Source of the DNA: a virus
Lineage: Duplodnaviria; Heunggongvirae; Uroviricota; Caudoviricetes
IMG/VR virus record: IMGVR_UViG_3300029878_000314
Span: 1-6,762 of that record
Strand: one strand, 5' to 3'
Length of the DNA: 6,762 bases
This document shows, in pieces, positions 1-6,762 of the stretch; the stretch's first letter is position 1, and each line of letters begins with the position of its first letter. Below the pieces are notes generated by a model, which saw nothing but the letters and a program-made list of their open reading frames with translations, was not told the origin of the DNA and made no database searches. The position numbers were made by a program, and so were the translations under genes.

Positions 1-723
<723 letters not shown>

Positions 724-740
724 ATTTTATAACCCAGAAC

Positions 741-768
741 GGGCGTCAGAAATGACGCCTTTTTTATT
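741..768 (+). terminator. Probable rho-independent terminator between J and lom
   Basis: Stem GGGCGTCA (741-748), loop GAAA, stem TGACGCC (753-759), followed immediately by the T-run TTTTTTATT (760-768). This is a GC-rich hairpin plus U-tract directly after the J stop. Confidence 0.6.
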
Positions 769-789
769 GCAGAAAAGCGAGAGGTAATT

Positions 790-1404
790 ATGCGTAAACT
801 TTATGCCGCCATTTTGTCCGCAGCCATTTTGTCCGCAGCCATTTGTCTGGCCGTATCCGGTGCGCCTGCATGGGCGTCTGAACATCAGTCCACGCTGAGC
901 GCGGGCTATCTTCATGCCCGGACGAACGTTTCCGGCAGCGATGATCTGAACGGGATTAACGTGAAATACCGTTATGAGTTTACGGACACGCTGGGAATGG
1001 TGACGTCATTCAGCTATGCAGGAGACAAGAATCGCCAGCTTACCCGTTACAGCGATACCCGCTGGCATGAAGATTCCGCGCGTAACCGCTGGTTCAGCGT
1101 GATGGCGGGGCCGTCTGTGCGCGTGAATGAATGGTTCAGCGCGTATGCGATGGCGGGTGTGGCTTACAGCCGTGTGTCGACTTTCTCCGGGGATTATCTC
1201 CGCGTAACTGACAACAAGGGGAAAACGCACGATGTGCTGACCGGAAGTGATGACGGTCGCCACAGCAACACGTCTCTGGCGTGGGGGGCTGGCGTGCAGT
1301 TTAACCCGACCGAATCCGTGGCCATTGATATTGCTTATGAAGGTTCCGGCAGTGGTGACTGGCGCACTGACGGTTTCATCGTGGGTGTCGGTTATAAATT
1401 CTGA
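790..1404 (+). CDS. lom: Lom outer-membrane protein (Ail/Lom/PagC/Rck family beta-barrel virulence-associated protein)
   Basis: 204-aa ORF with an N-terminal signal peptide ([12 protein letters not shown]…AWASEHQ) and C-terminal …[25 protein letters not shown] ending in Phe, typical of outer-membrane beta-barrels. It is near-identical to lambda Lom as I recall it. RBS GAGAGG at 775-780 precedes ATG 790. Position after J is the canonical lambda arrangement. Confidence 0.9.
   Translation: MRKLYAAILSAAILSAAICLAVSGAPAWASEHQSTLSAGYLHARTNVSGSDDLNGINVKYRYEFTDTLGMVTSFSYAGDKNRQLTRYSDTRWHEDSARNRWFSVMAGPSVRVNEWFSAYAMAGVAYSRVSTFSGDYLRVTDNKGKTHDVLTGSDDGRHSNTSLAWGAGVQFNPTESVAIDIAYEGSGSGDWRTDGFIVGVGYKF
808..837 (+). 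repeat. Perfect in-frame 15-bp tandem duplication (GCCATTTTGTCCGCA x2) inside the lom signal-peptide coding region
   Basis: Copy 1 at 808-822 and copy 2 at 823-837 are identical, followed by a related partial copy GCCATTTGT. They encode [10 protein letters not shown] in the hydrophobic core of the signal peptide. Confidence 0.9.
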
Positions 1405-1431
1405 TTAGCCAGGTAACACAGTGTTATGACA

Positions 1432-1457
1432 GCCCGCCGGTTCAGGCGGGCTTTTTT
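1432..1457 (+). terminator. Probable rho-independent terminator downstream of lom
   Basis: Stem GCCCGCC (1432-1438), loop GGTTCA, stem GGCGGGC (1445-1451), followed by TTTTTT (1452-1457). It lies 28 nt after the lom stop. Confidence 0.65.
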
Positions 1458-1468
1458 GTGGGGTGAAT

Positions 1469-4400
1469 ATGGCAGTAAAGATTTCAGGTGTACTGAAAGA
1501 CGGTGCAGGTAAACCGGTACAGAACTGTACAATCCAGCTGAAAGCAAAACGTAACAGCACCACGGTGGTGGCGAACACGGTGGCCTCAGAAAACCCGGAT
1601 GAAGCCGGGCGTTACAGCATGGACGTTGAGTACGGTCAGTACAGCGTTATTCTGTTGGTGGAAGGCTTCCCGCCATCGCATGCCGGGACCATCACCGTGT
1701 ATGAAGACTCACAACCGGGTACGCTGAATGATTTTCTCGGTGCCATGACGGAGGATGATGTCCGTCCGGAGGCACTGCGCCGCTTTGAACTGATGGTGGA
1801 AGAGGTGGCGCGTAACGCGTCCGCAGTGGCACAGAACACGGCAGCCGCGAAGAAGTCAGCCAGTGATGCCCGCACATCAGCCCGTGAGGCGGCAACCCAT
1901 GCGACTGATGCTGCGGACTCCGCACGCGCAGCCAGCACGTCAGCCGGACAGGCCGCGTCGTCGGCTCAGTCAGCGTCTTCCAGCGCAGGAACGGCATCAG
2001 CAAAGGCTACTGAAGCATCAAAAAGTGCTGCCGCTGCAGAGTCTTCAAAAAGCGCGGCAGCCACCAGTGCCGGTGCAGCGAAAACGTCAGAAACGAATGC
2101 CGCAGCATCACAAAAATCTGCGGCCACTTCTGCATCCACCGCGACCACGAAAGCGTCAGAAGCTGCCACCTCAGCCCGGGATGCGTCGGCTTCAAAAGTG
2201 GCGGCAAAATCATCAGAAACGAGCGCAGCCTCGAGCGCCGGCAGTGCAGCTTCCTCGGCAACGGCGGCAGGAAATTCCGCGAAGGCCGCAAAAACGTCTG
2301 AGACGAATGCGGATAACAGCGCACAGGCGGCAGCAGACTCACAAACTGCATCGGCAAATTCCGCGACAGCAGCCAAAAAATCAGAAACCAACGCGAAAAA
2401 TAGTGAGTCAGCAGCAAAGGTCAGCGAAACCAACGCTAAAGCGTCAGAGAACAAGGCGAAAGAATATCTCGACAAGGTCGGGGGACTCGTCAGCCCGATG
2501 ACGCAATACGATTGGCCTGTTGTTACTGCTAGTGAGTCTCTTTACATCAAGATCGCGAAACTTTCCGATCCTGGAACCAGCAGAAGTCATGTAACGCTAA
2601 TGGTTACTAACGCTGGTAACTACGGCTCCCCTTACGGAAACATTGACTTTATCGAGATCTCGGCGCGCGGTCTGCCTTCTTCGCTTACTGCGGATAATGT
2701 TTCTCGTCATCTGAGTATACGCCGCTTAGGGTCAACCGGGCTGACCGATAACAACCAGATGCGTTACGGCCTGGTTAAAGGTGACGGCTTTATTGAGGTT
2801 TGGGCATTCCAGGGTGCGTTTATTAACGACGCAAAGGTTGCGGTGCTGGCGCAGACAACACTAAGCACAGAATTATACATCCCAGACGGATTTGTTAAGC
2901 AAACCGCCGCGCCTTCTGGATATATTGAAGGCAACGTTGTAAGGATTTACGACCAGGTAAACAAGCCGACTAAAGCAGATTTGGGTCTTTCTAATGCTAT
3001 GCTTACAGGCGCTTTCGGTCTTGGCGGTAGCGGGATAGCAACAAACGGCAAGATGAGCGATGTAGAGATCTTAAAAGCTCTGCGTGACAAAGGTGGTCAT
3101 TTCTGGCGCGGTGATAAGCCGACCGGAAGCACGGCGACCCATTATGACCACGGTTCTGGTATATTCTCGCGGTGCGGCGATACGTGGTCTGCGATCAATA
3201 TCGACTTCAGAACAGGTAAGATCAAGGTTTACGCTGGTAACGATAGTGGACTTAATAGTGGTAAATTTTCCGTCAATGAGCTATACGGAACCCGAAACAA
3301 GCCGTCGAAATCGGATGTTGGACTTGGCAACGTAACTAACGATGCGCAGGTAAAAAAATCCGGCGATACCATGACAGGTGACTTGACAATCAAAAAAGGT
3401 ACACCGTCAGTCTTCCTGCGGGCAGACAGTGGAGTCACCGCTTTGCGGTTTTATACTGGCGATAACACAGAGCGCGGCATAATCTATGCTGGTCCTAACA
3501 CTGATTCGCTTGGCGAAGTTCGCATCAGGGCAAAGACAGCAGGGGGGACATCAGGAGGGGATCTTGTTGTTCGTCACGACGGGAGGGTTGAAGTCCGTGA
3601 TCTCACAGTAGCGTATAAAATTAAAAGCAGAACGATTGAGATTGCAAATACCGACACTGACTCATCGGCAACTACGCTAAGCATCTATGGAGTACAGCAC
3701 ACGCCGTTGGTTTTAACGCGTTCTGGTTCTTCTGAAAATGTGTCCATTGGGTTTAAGTTAGACAACGTGAACCCAAAGTATCTTGGAATTGATACTAATG
3801 GGGATCTGGCTTTTGGTGAGAGTCCTGATCAGAAACAAAACAGCAAATTGATCACGCAAGCGAAACTCGACAAGGGATTAACGATTGGTGGTCAACTGGC
3901 TTTCAAAGGTACGACAGCGTTTTCAGCCGCTGCTACGTTCAGTGCCGGGATAGCAGGAGCTATCGAGCCGGAAAACATTGGCGGCCAGAAGGTTGATCTT
4001 AACAACCTGACCATCAGGTCAGATGCCGGGGCGGTTAAATACTATAGTTGTCCATCCTCTGGAGGTGGTGCAAATATCACCAACAAGCCTGACGGTGTAA
4101 CCGGTAACTTTTTGCTCCGTGTAGAGTCGACTCGCAAAGTTTCTGCTTCGGATTATGCGAACATGCAAACGCTGATCAGCAACGACACAAAACGTATATA
4201 CGTTCGCTTTGTTGTTAATGGAAACTGGACAGCGTGGAGTCAGGTTGTTGTTTCCGGATGGAATCAGGATGTAACCGTCAGGTCGTTAACCTCGACGACT
4301 CCATCAAAATTAGGTGGCGGGCGGATTGATGTGCTTGGAAGTACGTCAGATTATGGCAGCATGAATTGTACCGTTCGTGGTGTTGATAGCACTGGAACCA

Positions 4401-5245
4401 ATTCGGCGTGGTCGGTAGGCACATCAGAAAGCACAGGCAAAATGTTGTTCCTGAAAAACCACAGAAGCAGCGCTCAAGTGCTGTTAAATGGCGATGATGG
4501 AGCGGTTCAACTACTAAGTGGCACTGTTAACGGTGCTACAGCGCAGGCGCTCACTATCAACAGGAATGAGGTTAACTCAACTGCCGATTTAGTAATTAGA
4601 AAACAAACAGGGACTGGCAATCGTTTTGCTTTACTTAATTCAGGTAATTCAGAACTACCAGTTAGTATCAGGGTGTGGGGTTCCAGTACTCGACAAAACG
4701 TTTTTGAGGTTGGAACGTCTGCTGCGTATCTGTTTTATGCGCAAAAAACAACAGACGGGCAAAACCTTACTGTAAACGGAAGTGTTAACTGCACCACACT
4801 GAATCAGTCATCAGACCGCAGACTGAAAGAAAATATCGAGATTATCGATAACGCGACTGACGCAATCCGCAAAATTAATGGATACACGTACACGCTCAAG
4901 GAGAATGGGGCACATTGCGCCGGGGTTATAGCCCAGGAAGTTGAAGAGGCCATCCCGGAGGCCGTTGGTTCATTCATCCATTACGGTGAAGAGTTGCAAG
5001 GCCCGACCGTTGACGGCAACGAGCTACGCGAAGAAACGCGCTATCTTAATGTTGACTACGCCGCCGTGACGGGTTTACTTGTTCAGGTCGCCCGTGAAAC
5101 AGATGATCGCGTTACCTCGCTGGAAGAGGAAAACACAACGCTACGTCAAAATCTGGCAACAGCAGACACCCGGATCAGCACTCTGGAAAATCAGGTAAGC
5201 GAACTGGTTGCACTTGTCCGGCAGTTAACAGGAAGCGAACATTGA
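1469..5245 (+). CDS. stf: Side tail fiber protein (Stf-like), mosaic: lambda-Stf-like N-terminal anchor with Ala/Ser/Thr repeat region, divergent distal domain, and C-terminal peptidase-S74-type intramolecular chaperone domain
   Basis: Supplied ORF 1463..5245 starts at GTG; I prefer the in-frame ATG at 1469, giving MAVKISGVLKDGAGKPVQNCTIQLKAKRNSTTV…, which matches the lambda Stf N-terminus from memory. The product is about 1258 aa. The C-terminal ~145 aa contain …NQSSDRRLKENIEIIDNATDAIRKINGYTYTLKE…, the hallmark of the self-cleaving chaperone domain of endosialidase-type tailspikes and T5 pb1-like fibers. Stop TGA at 5243-5245. Confidence 0.9.
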   Translation: MAVKISGVLKDGAGKPVQNCTIQLKAKRNSTTVVANTVASENPDEAGRYSMDVEYGQYSVILLVEGFPPSHAGTITVYEDSQPGTLNDFLGAMTEDDVRPEALRRFELMVEEVARNASAVAQNTAAAKKSASDARTSAREAATHATDAADSARAASTSAGQAASSAQSASSSAGTASAKATEASKSAAAAESSKSAAATSAGAAKTSETNAAASQKSAATSASTATTKASEAATSARDASASKVAAKSSETSAASSAGSAASSATAAGNSAKAAKTSETNADNSAQAAADSQTASANSATAAKKSETNAKNSESAAKVSETNAKASENKAKEYLDKVGGLVSPMTQYDWPVVTASESLYIKIAKLSDPGTSRSHVTLMVTNAGNYGSPYGNIDFIEISARGLPSSLTADNVSRHLSIRRLGSTGLTDNNQMRYGLVKGDGFIEVWAFQGAFINDAKVAVLAQTTLSTELYIPDGFVKQTAAPSGYIEGNVVRIYDQVNKPTKADLGLSNAMLTGAFGLGGSGIATNGKMSDVEILKALRDKGGHFWRGDKPTGSTATHYDHGSGIFSRCGDTWSAINIDFRTGKIKVYAGNDSGLNSGKFSVNELYGTRNKPSKSDVGLGNVTNDAQVKKSGDTMTGDLTIKKGTPSVFLRADSGVTALRFYTGDNTERGIIYAGPNTDSLGEVRIRAKTAGGTSGGDLVVRHDGRVEVRDLTVAYKIKSRTIEIANTDTDSSATTLSIYGVQHTPLVLTRSGSSENVSIGFKLDNVNPKYLGIDTNGDLAFGESPDQKQNSKLITQAKLDKGLTIGGQLAFKGTTAFSAAATFSAGIAGAIEPENIGGQKVDLNNLTIRSDAGAVKYYSCPSSGGGANITNKPDGVTGNFLLRVESTRKVSASDYANMQTLISNDTKRIYVRFVVNGNWTAWSQVVVSGWNQDVTVRSLTSTTPSKLGGGRIDVLGSTSDYGSMNCTVRGVDSTGTNSAWSVGTSESTGKMLFLKNHRSSAQVLLNGDDGAVQLLSGTVNGATAQALTINRNEVNSTADLVIRKQTGTGNRFALLNSGNSELPVSIRVWGSSTRQNVFEVGTSAAYLFYAQKTTDGQNLTVNGSVNCTTLNQSSDRRLKENIEIIDNATDAIRKINGYTYTLKENGAHCAGVIAQEVEEAIPEAVGSFIHYGEELQGPTVDGNELREETRYLNVDYAAVTGLLVQVARETDDRVTSLEEENTTLRQNLATADTRISTLENQVSELVALVRQLTGSEH
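1810..2460 (+). repeat. Low-complexity Ala/Ser/Thr-rich repeat region within stf (phage tail-fiber repeat-like, recurring AAKTSETNA-type motifs)
   Basis: The translation is dominated by A, S, T, K and E with recurring motifs (AAKTSETNAAAS, AAKTSETNADNS, AAKKSETNAKNS, AAKVSETNAKAS). The nucleotide sequence is GC-rich with reiterated GCN codons. Boundaries are approximate. Confidence 0.6.
4811..5242 (+). other. C-terminal intramolecular chaperone / autoproteolytic domain (peptidase S74-like) of Stf
   Basis: The motif S-D-R-R-L-K begins at the Ser codon 4811-4813, with Ser and Lys five residues apart as in the described Ser/Lys dyad of this family. Conserved-looking downstream block: ENIEII…INGYTYTLKE…GVIAQEVEE…LNVDYAAVTGLL…, ending in a heptad-like segment (LEEENTTLRQNL…LENQVSELVALVRQL). 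The domain boundary is inferred, not measured. Confidence 0.7.
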
Positions 5246-5290
5246 TATCCTTCAAGCTCTGAAGGAGGCTGTTCCCGGTACGTTCAGACT

Positions 5291-5428
5291 GTTGTTGAGC
5301 TGGAAATCGCAACGGAGGAAGAAACCTCATTGCTGGAAGCCTGGAAAAAGTATCGGGTGTTGCTGAACCGTGTTGATACATCAACTGCACCTGATATTGA
5401 GTGGCCTGCAAATCCTGTCAGGGAGTAA
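5291..5428 (+). pseudogene. tfa: Tail fiber assembly protein (tfa) 3' remnant, no start codon, about 45 C-terminal codons retained
   Basis: The translation in this frame is …[45 protein letters not shown], which matches the lambda Tfa C-terminus as I recall it (…[42 protein letters not shown]). There is no in-frame initiation codon between the stf stop and the homologous segment. Stop TAA at 5426-5428. Confidence 0.75.
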
Positions 5429-5477
5429 TCATTGGGATTATGCCGCAGCACGTCTTAAGCAAGAACGTGCTGCGGTT
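5300..5477 (+). repeat. Direct repeat copy A (about 178 bp; tfa 3' coding end plus downstream hairpin)
   Basis: Aligns base-for-base with 6349-6527 at offset +1049 (+1050 after a 1-nt indel in the hairpin). There are roughly 11 mismatches in the 129-nt coding part (about 91% identity). The 3' untranslated part is almost identical except in the hairpin loop. Confidence 0.85.
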
Positions 5478-5491
5478 GGATGCTATTTTTT
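5442..5491 (+). terminator. Stem-loop between the convergent tfa remnant and the methyltransferase gene; possible terminator or RNA-stability element
   Basis: 11-bp stem: GCCGCAGCACG (5442-5452) pairs with CGTGCTGCGGT (5466-5476), with a 13-nt loop. A T6 run at 5486-5491 lies about 9 nt downstream, not immediately adjacent, so this is not a canonical intrinsic terminator. A homologous hairpin exists in copy B at about 6491-6527. Confidence 0.35.
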
Positions 5492-6151
5492 CCCTGAAGC
5501 GGAAAACATTACTACAGTACCTTGAACCTTGGTTTTAACATTCTCGAAATGCTCTGAGAGTATATGTGTTAAGCCTTCTTCGGAATCTTTTGTGTTTGAA
5601 AAGATGCCTTTCTGATTGTAAATGCGCATCAGTTTTTGACCGAAGCTATTGTGCACAACTCCATCGCCAAGAATTGTGGCTCCGTATAGAGTTCCATCGT
5701 CAGTTAAGGCCTGCGCCGCATTGCGTATTACACAGCTTTTTGTAGATATATTTCCAGGCAGGCAGTGAAGAAGGTAAAACATGGAAATGGAATCAAATTG
5801 ACCATGTAACGCCGCGGGATAAGGTTCAAAAACATCATGGCTAATTTTATGTTTAATTTTTGATTCCCCAGCCCTTGTAGATGCCGCGTTCAGGCTAGCT
5901 TCGTTCAAATCCATTAAAGATATCAGACTACTCTCAGGTACGTGAGTAAGGTAAAACCCAGTTCCAACACCAATATCCAGATGGTTGTTACCTACATGTT
6001 CCAGAAAGTGTGGAAGAAGGTGTTCCTTTGTAGGACATCCCCATGCAAGCCGATTTGATACTCCCAAAACCCACCAGTCATAAAGCTTTAGGGTAAGTGG
6101 TGTGTAAATTTTAGCCCCATCATCTGTGTTTTTTTTCATTGATTTCACCAT
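5483..6151 (-). CDS. Class I (Rossmann-fold) SAM-dependent methyltransferase-like protein, about 218-222 aa, probably a moron (accessory cargo gene)
   Basis: Minus-strand ORF. The translation carries a glycine-rich SAM-binding motif I (HLDIGVGTGFY), a post-I acidic strand (ISLMDLNE), a motif II-like block (FDSISMFYLLHCLP) and a motif III-like block (LTDDGTLYG). There is no DPPY/NPPY or PC/ENV motif, so a small-molecule, protein or RNA methyltransferase is more likely than a DNA methyltransferase. It is visibly more AT-rich than the flanking phage genes. The alternative start at the second Met (rc of 6137-6139) has a better SD (GGTGA, 5-nt spacer). From memory this resembles ybcY of E. coli K-12 DLP12, which sits between tfa fragments; that is unverified. 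Confidence 0.75.
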   Translation of the reverse strand: MVKSMKKNTDDGAKIYTPLTLKLYDWWVLGVSNRLAWGCPTKEHLLPHFLEHVGNNHLDIGVGTGFYLTHVPESSLISLMDLNEASLNAASTRAGESKIKHKISHDVFEPYPAALHGQFDSISMFYLLHCLPGNISTKSCVIRNAAQALTDDGTLYGATILGDGVVHNSFGQKLMRIYNQKGIFSNTKDSEEGLTHILSEHFENVKTKVQGTVVMFSASGKK

Positions 6152-6207
6152 GTTATAGTTTTATTTGTGAATTAAATCAATTATGGCGATGAATTACAAG
6201 GGGTTAA
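6152..6207. promoter_or_regulatory. AT-rich divergent intergenic region between the methyltransferase gene (-) and the tfa-like ORF (+); probable promoter region
   Basis: 56-bp AT-rich spacer between divergently oriented start codons. I could not place convincing -35/-10 hexamers by eye, so this is a positional inference only. Confidence 0.3.
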
Positions 6208-6477
6208 ATGCTGCCGCAGCATAGCGATATTGAAATAGCCTGGTATGCTTCGATACAGCAGGAGCCGAATGGCTGGAAGACCGTCACCACACAGTTCTAC
6301 ATCCAGGAATTCAGTGAGTATATTGCGCCACTGCAGGATGCTGTAGATCTGGAAATCGCAACGGAGGAAGAAAGATCGTTGCTGGAGGCATGGAATAAAT
6401 ATCGGGTATTGTTGAATCGTGTTGATACATCAACTGTACCTGATATTGAGTGGCCTGCAAATCCTGTCAGGGAGTAA
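6208..6477 (+). CDS. Short tail-fiber-assembly-like protein (Tfa C-terminal domain fused to a novel about 35-aa N-terminus); TfaX-like fragment, function uncertain
   Basis: 89-aa ORF. The C-terminal half (…[53 protein letters not shown]) matches the lambda Tfa C-terminus as I recall it. The N-terminal portion ([35 protein letters not shown]) is not recognisably Tfa. Possible SD AAGGGG at 6198-6203 with a short 4-nt spacer before ATG 6208. It may be a remnant rather than a functional gene. Confidence 0.55.
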   Translation: MLPQHSDIEIAWYASIQQEPNGWKTVTTQFYIQEFSEYIAPLQDAVDLEIATEEERSLLEAWNKYRVLLNRVDTSTVPDIEWPANPVRE

Positions 6478-6527
6478 TCATTGGGATTATGCCGCAGACA
6501 CGTCGTATGCAGGAACGTGCTGCGGTT
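6349..6527 (+). repeat. Direct repeat copy B (about 179 bp; tfa 3' coding end plus downstream hairpin)
   Basis: Partner of 5300-5477; see copy A. Most coding differences between the copies are synonymous or conservative (T/R, K/N, A/V at the protein level). Confidence 0.85.
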
Positions 6528-6591
6528 AGTTTGTGAGCTTTCGATAGTGGTTGTTATTTTTGCCCTTATTTGTTCCGGAGGCCATGGTTCA

Positions 6592-6762
6592 ATGGTCCGT
6601 CTGCCCCCTGTGGTGATGTCAGCAAAATCAGCCACTGCGCGAACCACAATAGCCCGGGAAGATGCTGAAGATCACCAGGTAAAGCTGTCAGCGCAGAAAC
6701 TGGAAGAACTGCTCGCATCAATGGTTAAGGATGAGGTTGATCGCAATGATGGGATTTATTGA
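6592..6762 (+). CDS. Hypothetical small protein (about 56 aa; alternative start ATG 6616 gives 48 aa)
   Basis: The supplied ORF 6481..6762 has no plausible RBS at its 5' end. The internal ATG at 6592 is preceded by GGAGG (6577-6581) with a 10-nt spacer. The translation (MVRLPPVVMSAKSATARTTIAREDAEDHQVKLSAQKLEELLASMVKDEVDRNDGIY) has no family I recognise. Stop TGA at 6760-6762 is the last three bases of the window. Confidence 0.4.
   Translation: MVRLPPVVMSAKSATARTTIAREDAEDHQVKLSAQKLEELLASMVKDEVDRNDGIY

Noticed and set aside
727-1263. Minus-strand ORFs 727..915 and 1006..1263 overlapping lom
   Set aside because: They sit opposite a well-supported, lambda-conserved lom gene. They have no RBS and an implausible composition (Cys/Gly/Arg-rich).
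1636-2475. Long antisense and alternate-frame ORFs inside stf (1636..1938 -, 1692..2003 -, 1966..2475 -, 2007..2417 -, 1863..2501 +)
   Set aside because: They lie entirely within the GC-rich, GCN-codon-rich Ala/Ser/Thr repeat region of stf, where stop codons are rare in every frame. Their translations are low-complexity (Ala-, Arg/Pro/Gln- or Leu-rich) and have no start context. They are shadow ORFs.
3084-3438. Short ORFs 3084..3335 (+) and 3229..3438 (-) inside stf
   Set aside because: They are embedded in the continuous 1258-codon stf frame with no independent signals. They are chance open frames.
5175-5411. Minus-strand ORF 5175..5411 (78 aa) spanning the stf end and the tfa remnant
   Set aside because: It is antisense to two recognisable coding segments and crosses the mosaic junction. 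It has no RBS and a low-complexity translation.
5442-5477. Inverted repeats near the tfa ends as possible DNA-invertase (Gin/Pin/Cin-type) crossover sites
   Set aside because: The large repeats are in direct, not inverted, orientation. No invertase gene is present in the window. The only inverted repeats are short hairpin stems within each copy.
5483-6151. The methyltransferase as a DNA (restriction-modification or orphan) methyltransferase
   Set aside because: The translation lacks the (D/N/S)PP(Y/F/W) motif of N6A/N4C methyltransferases and the PC and ENV motifs of C5 methyltransferases. At about 220 aa it is too small to include a target-recognition domain. A non-DNA substrate is more likely, but this is not proven.
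6481-6591. 5' extension of the final ORF (supplied start at 6481, MGLCRRHVVCRN…)
   Set aside because: The extension runs through the conserved post-tfa hairpin and has no RBS. The internal ATG at 6592 with an upstream GGAGG is a far more plausible start.
6297-6647. Minus-strand ORF 6297..6647 (116 aa)
   Set aside because: It is antisense to the conserved tfa C-terminal coding segment and to the better-supported small + strand ORF. It has no convincing start context.

Overview
This window is the distal late (tail-tip) region of a lambda-like phage or prophage of an enterobacterial host, read left to right on the + strand. It contains the 3' end of the host-specificity gene J, then lom with its own RBS and a terminator hairpin on each side, then a very long side tail fiber gene (stf, about 1258 aa). 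The stf gene looks mosaic: a lambda-Stf-like N-terminus with an Ala/Ser/Thr-rich repeat region, a distal part of different composition, and a C-terminal domain carrying the SDRRLK motif typical of peptidase-S74 intramolecular chaperones. No intact tfa follows; instead there is a promoter-less tfa 3' remnant. Downstream is an AT-rich accessory (moron) segment: a minus-strand class I SAM-dependent methyltransferase-like gene, a short tfa-like ORF, and a small unknown ORF whose stop overlaps the apparent start of a further gene at the window edge. The two tfa 3' ends form an imperfect direct repeat of about 180 bp that brackets the methyltransferase. The layout resembles, from memory only, the tfaD-ybcY-tfaX arrangement of the E. 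coli K-12 DLP12 cryptic prophage. No rRNA, tRNA, CRISPR array, integrase or transposase is visible. All homology statements rest on reading the translations and on recall of lambda protein sequences; no database search was run.
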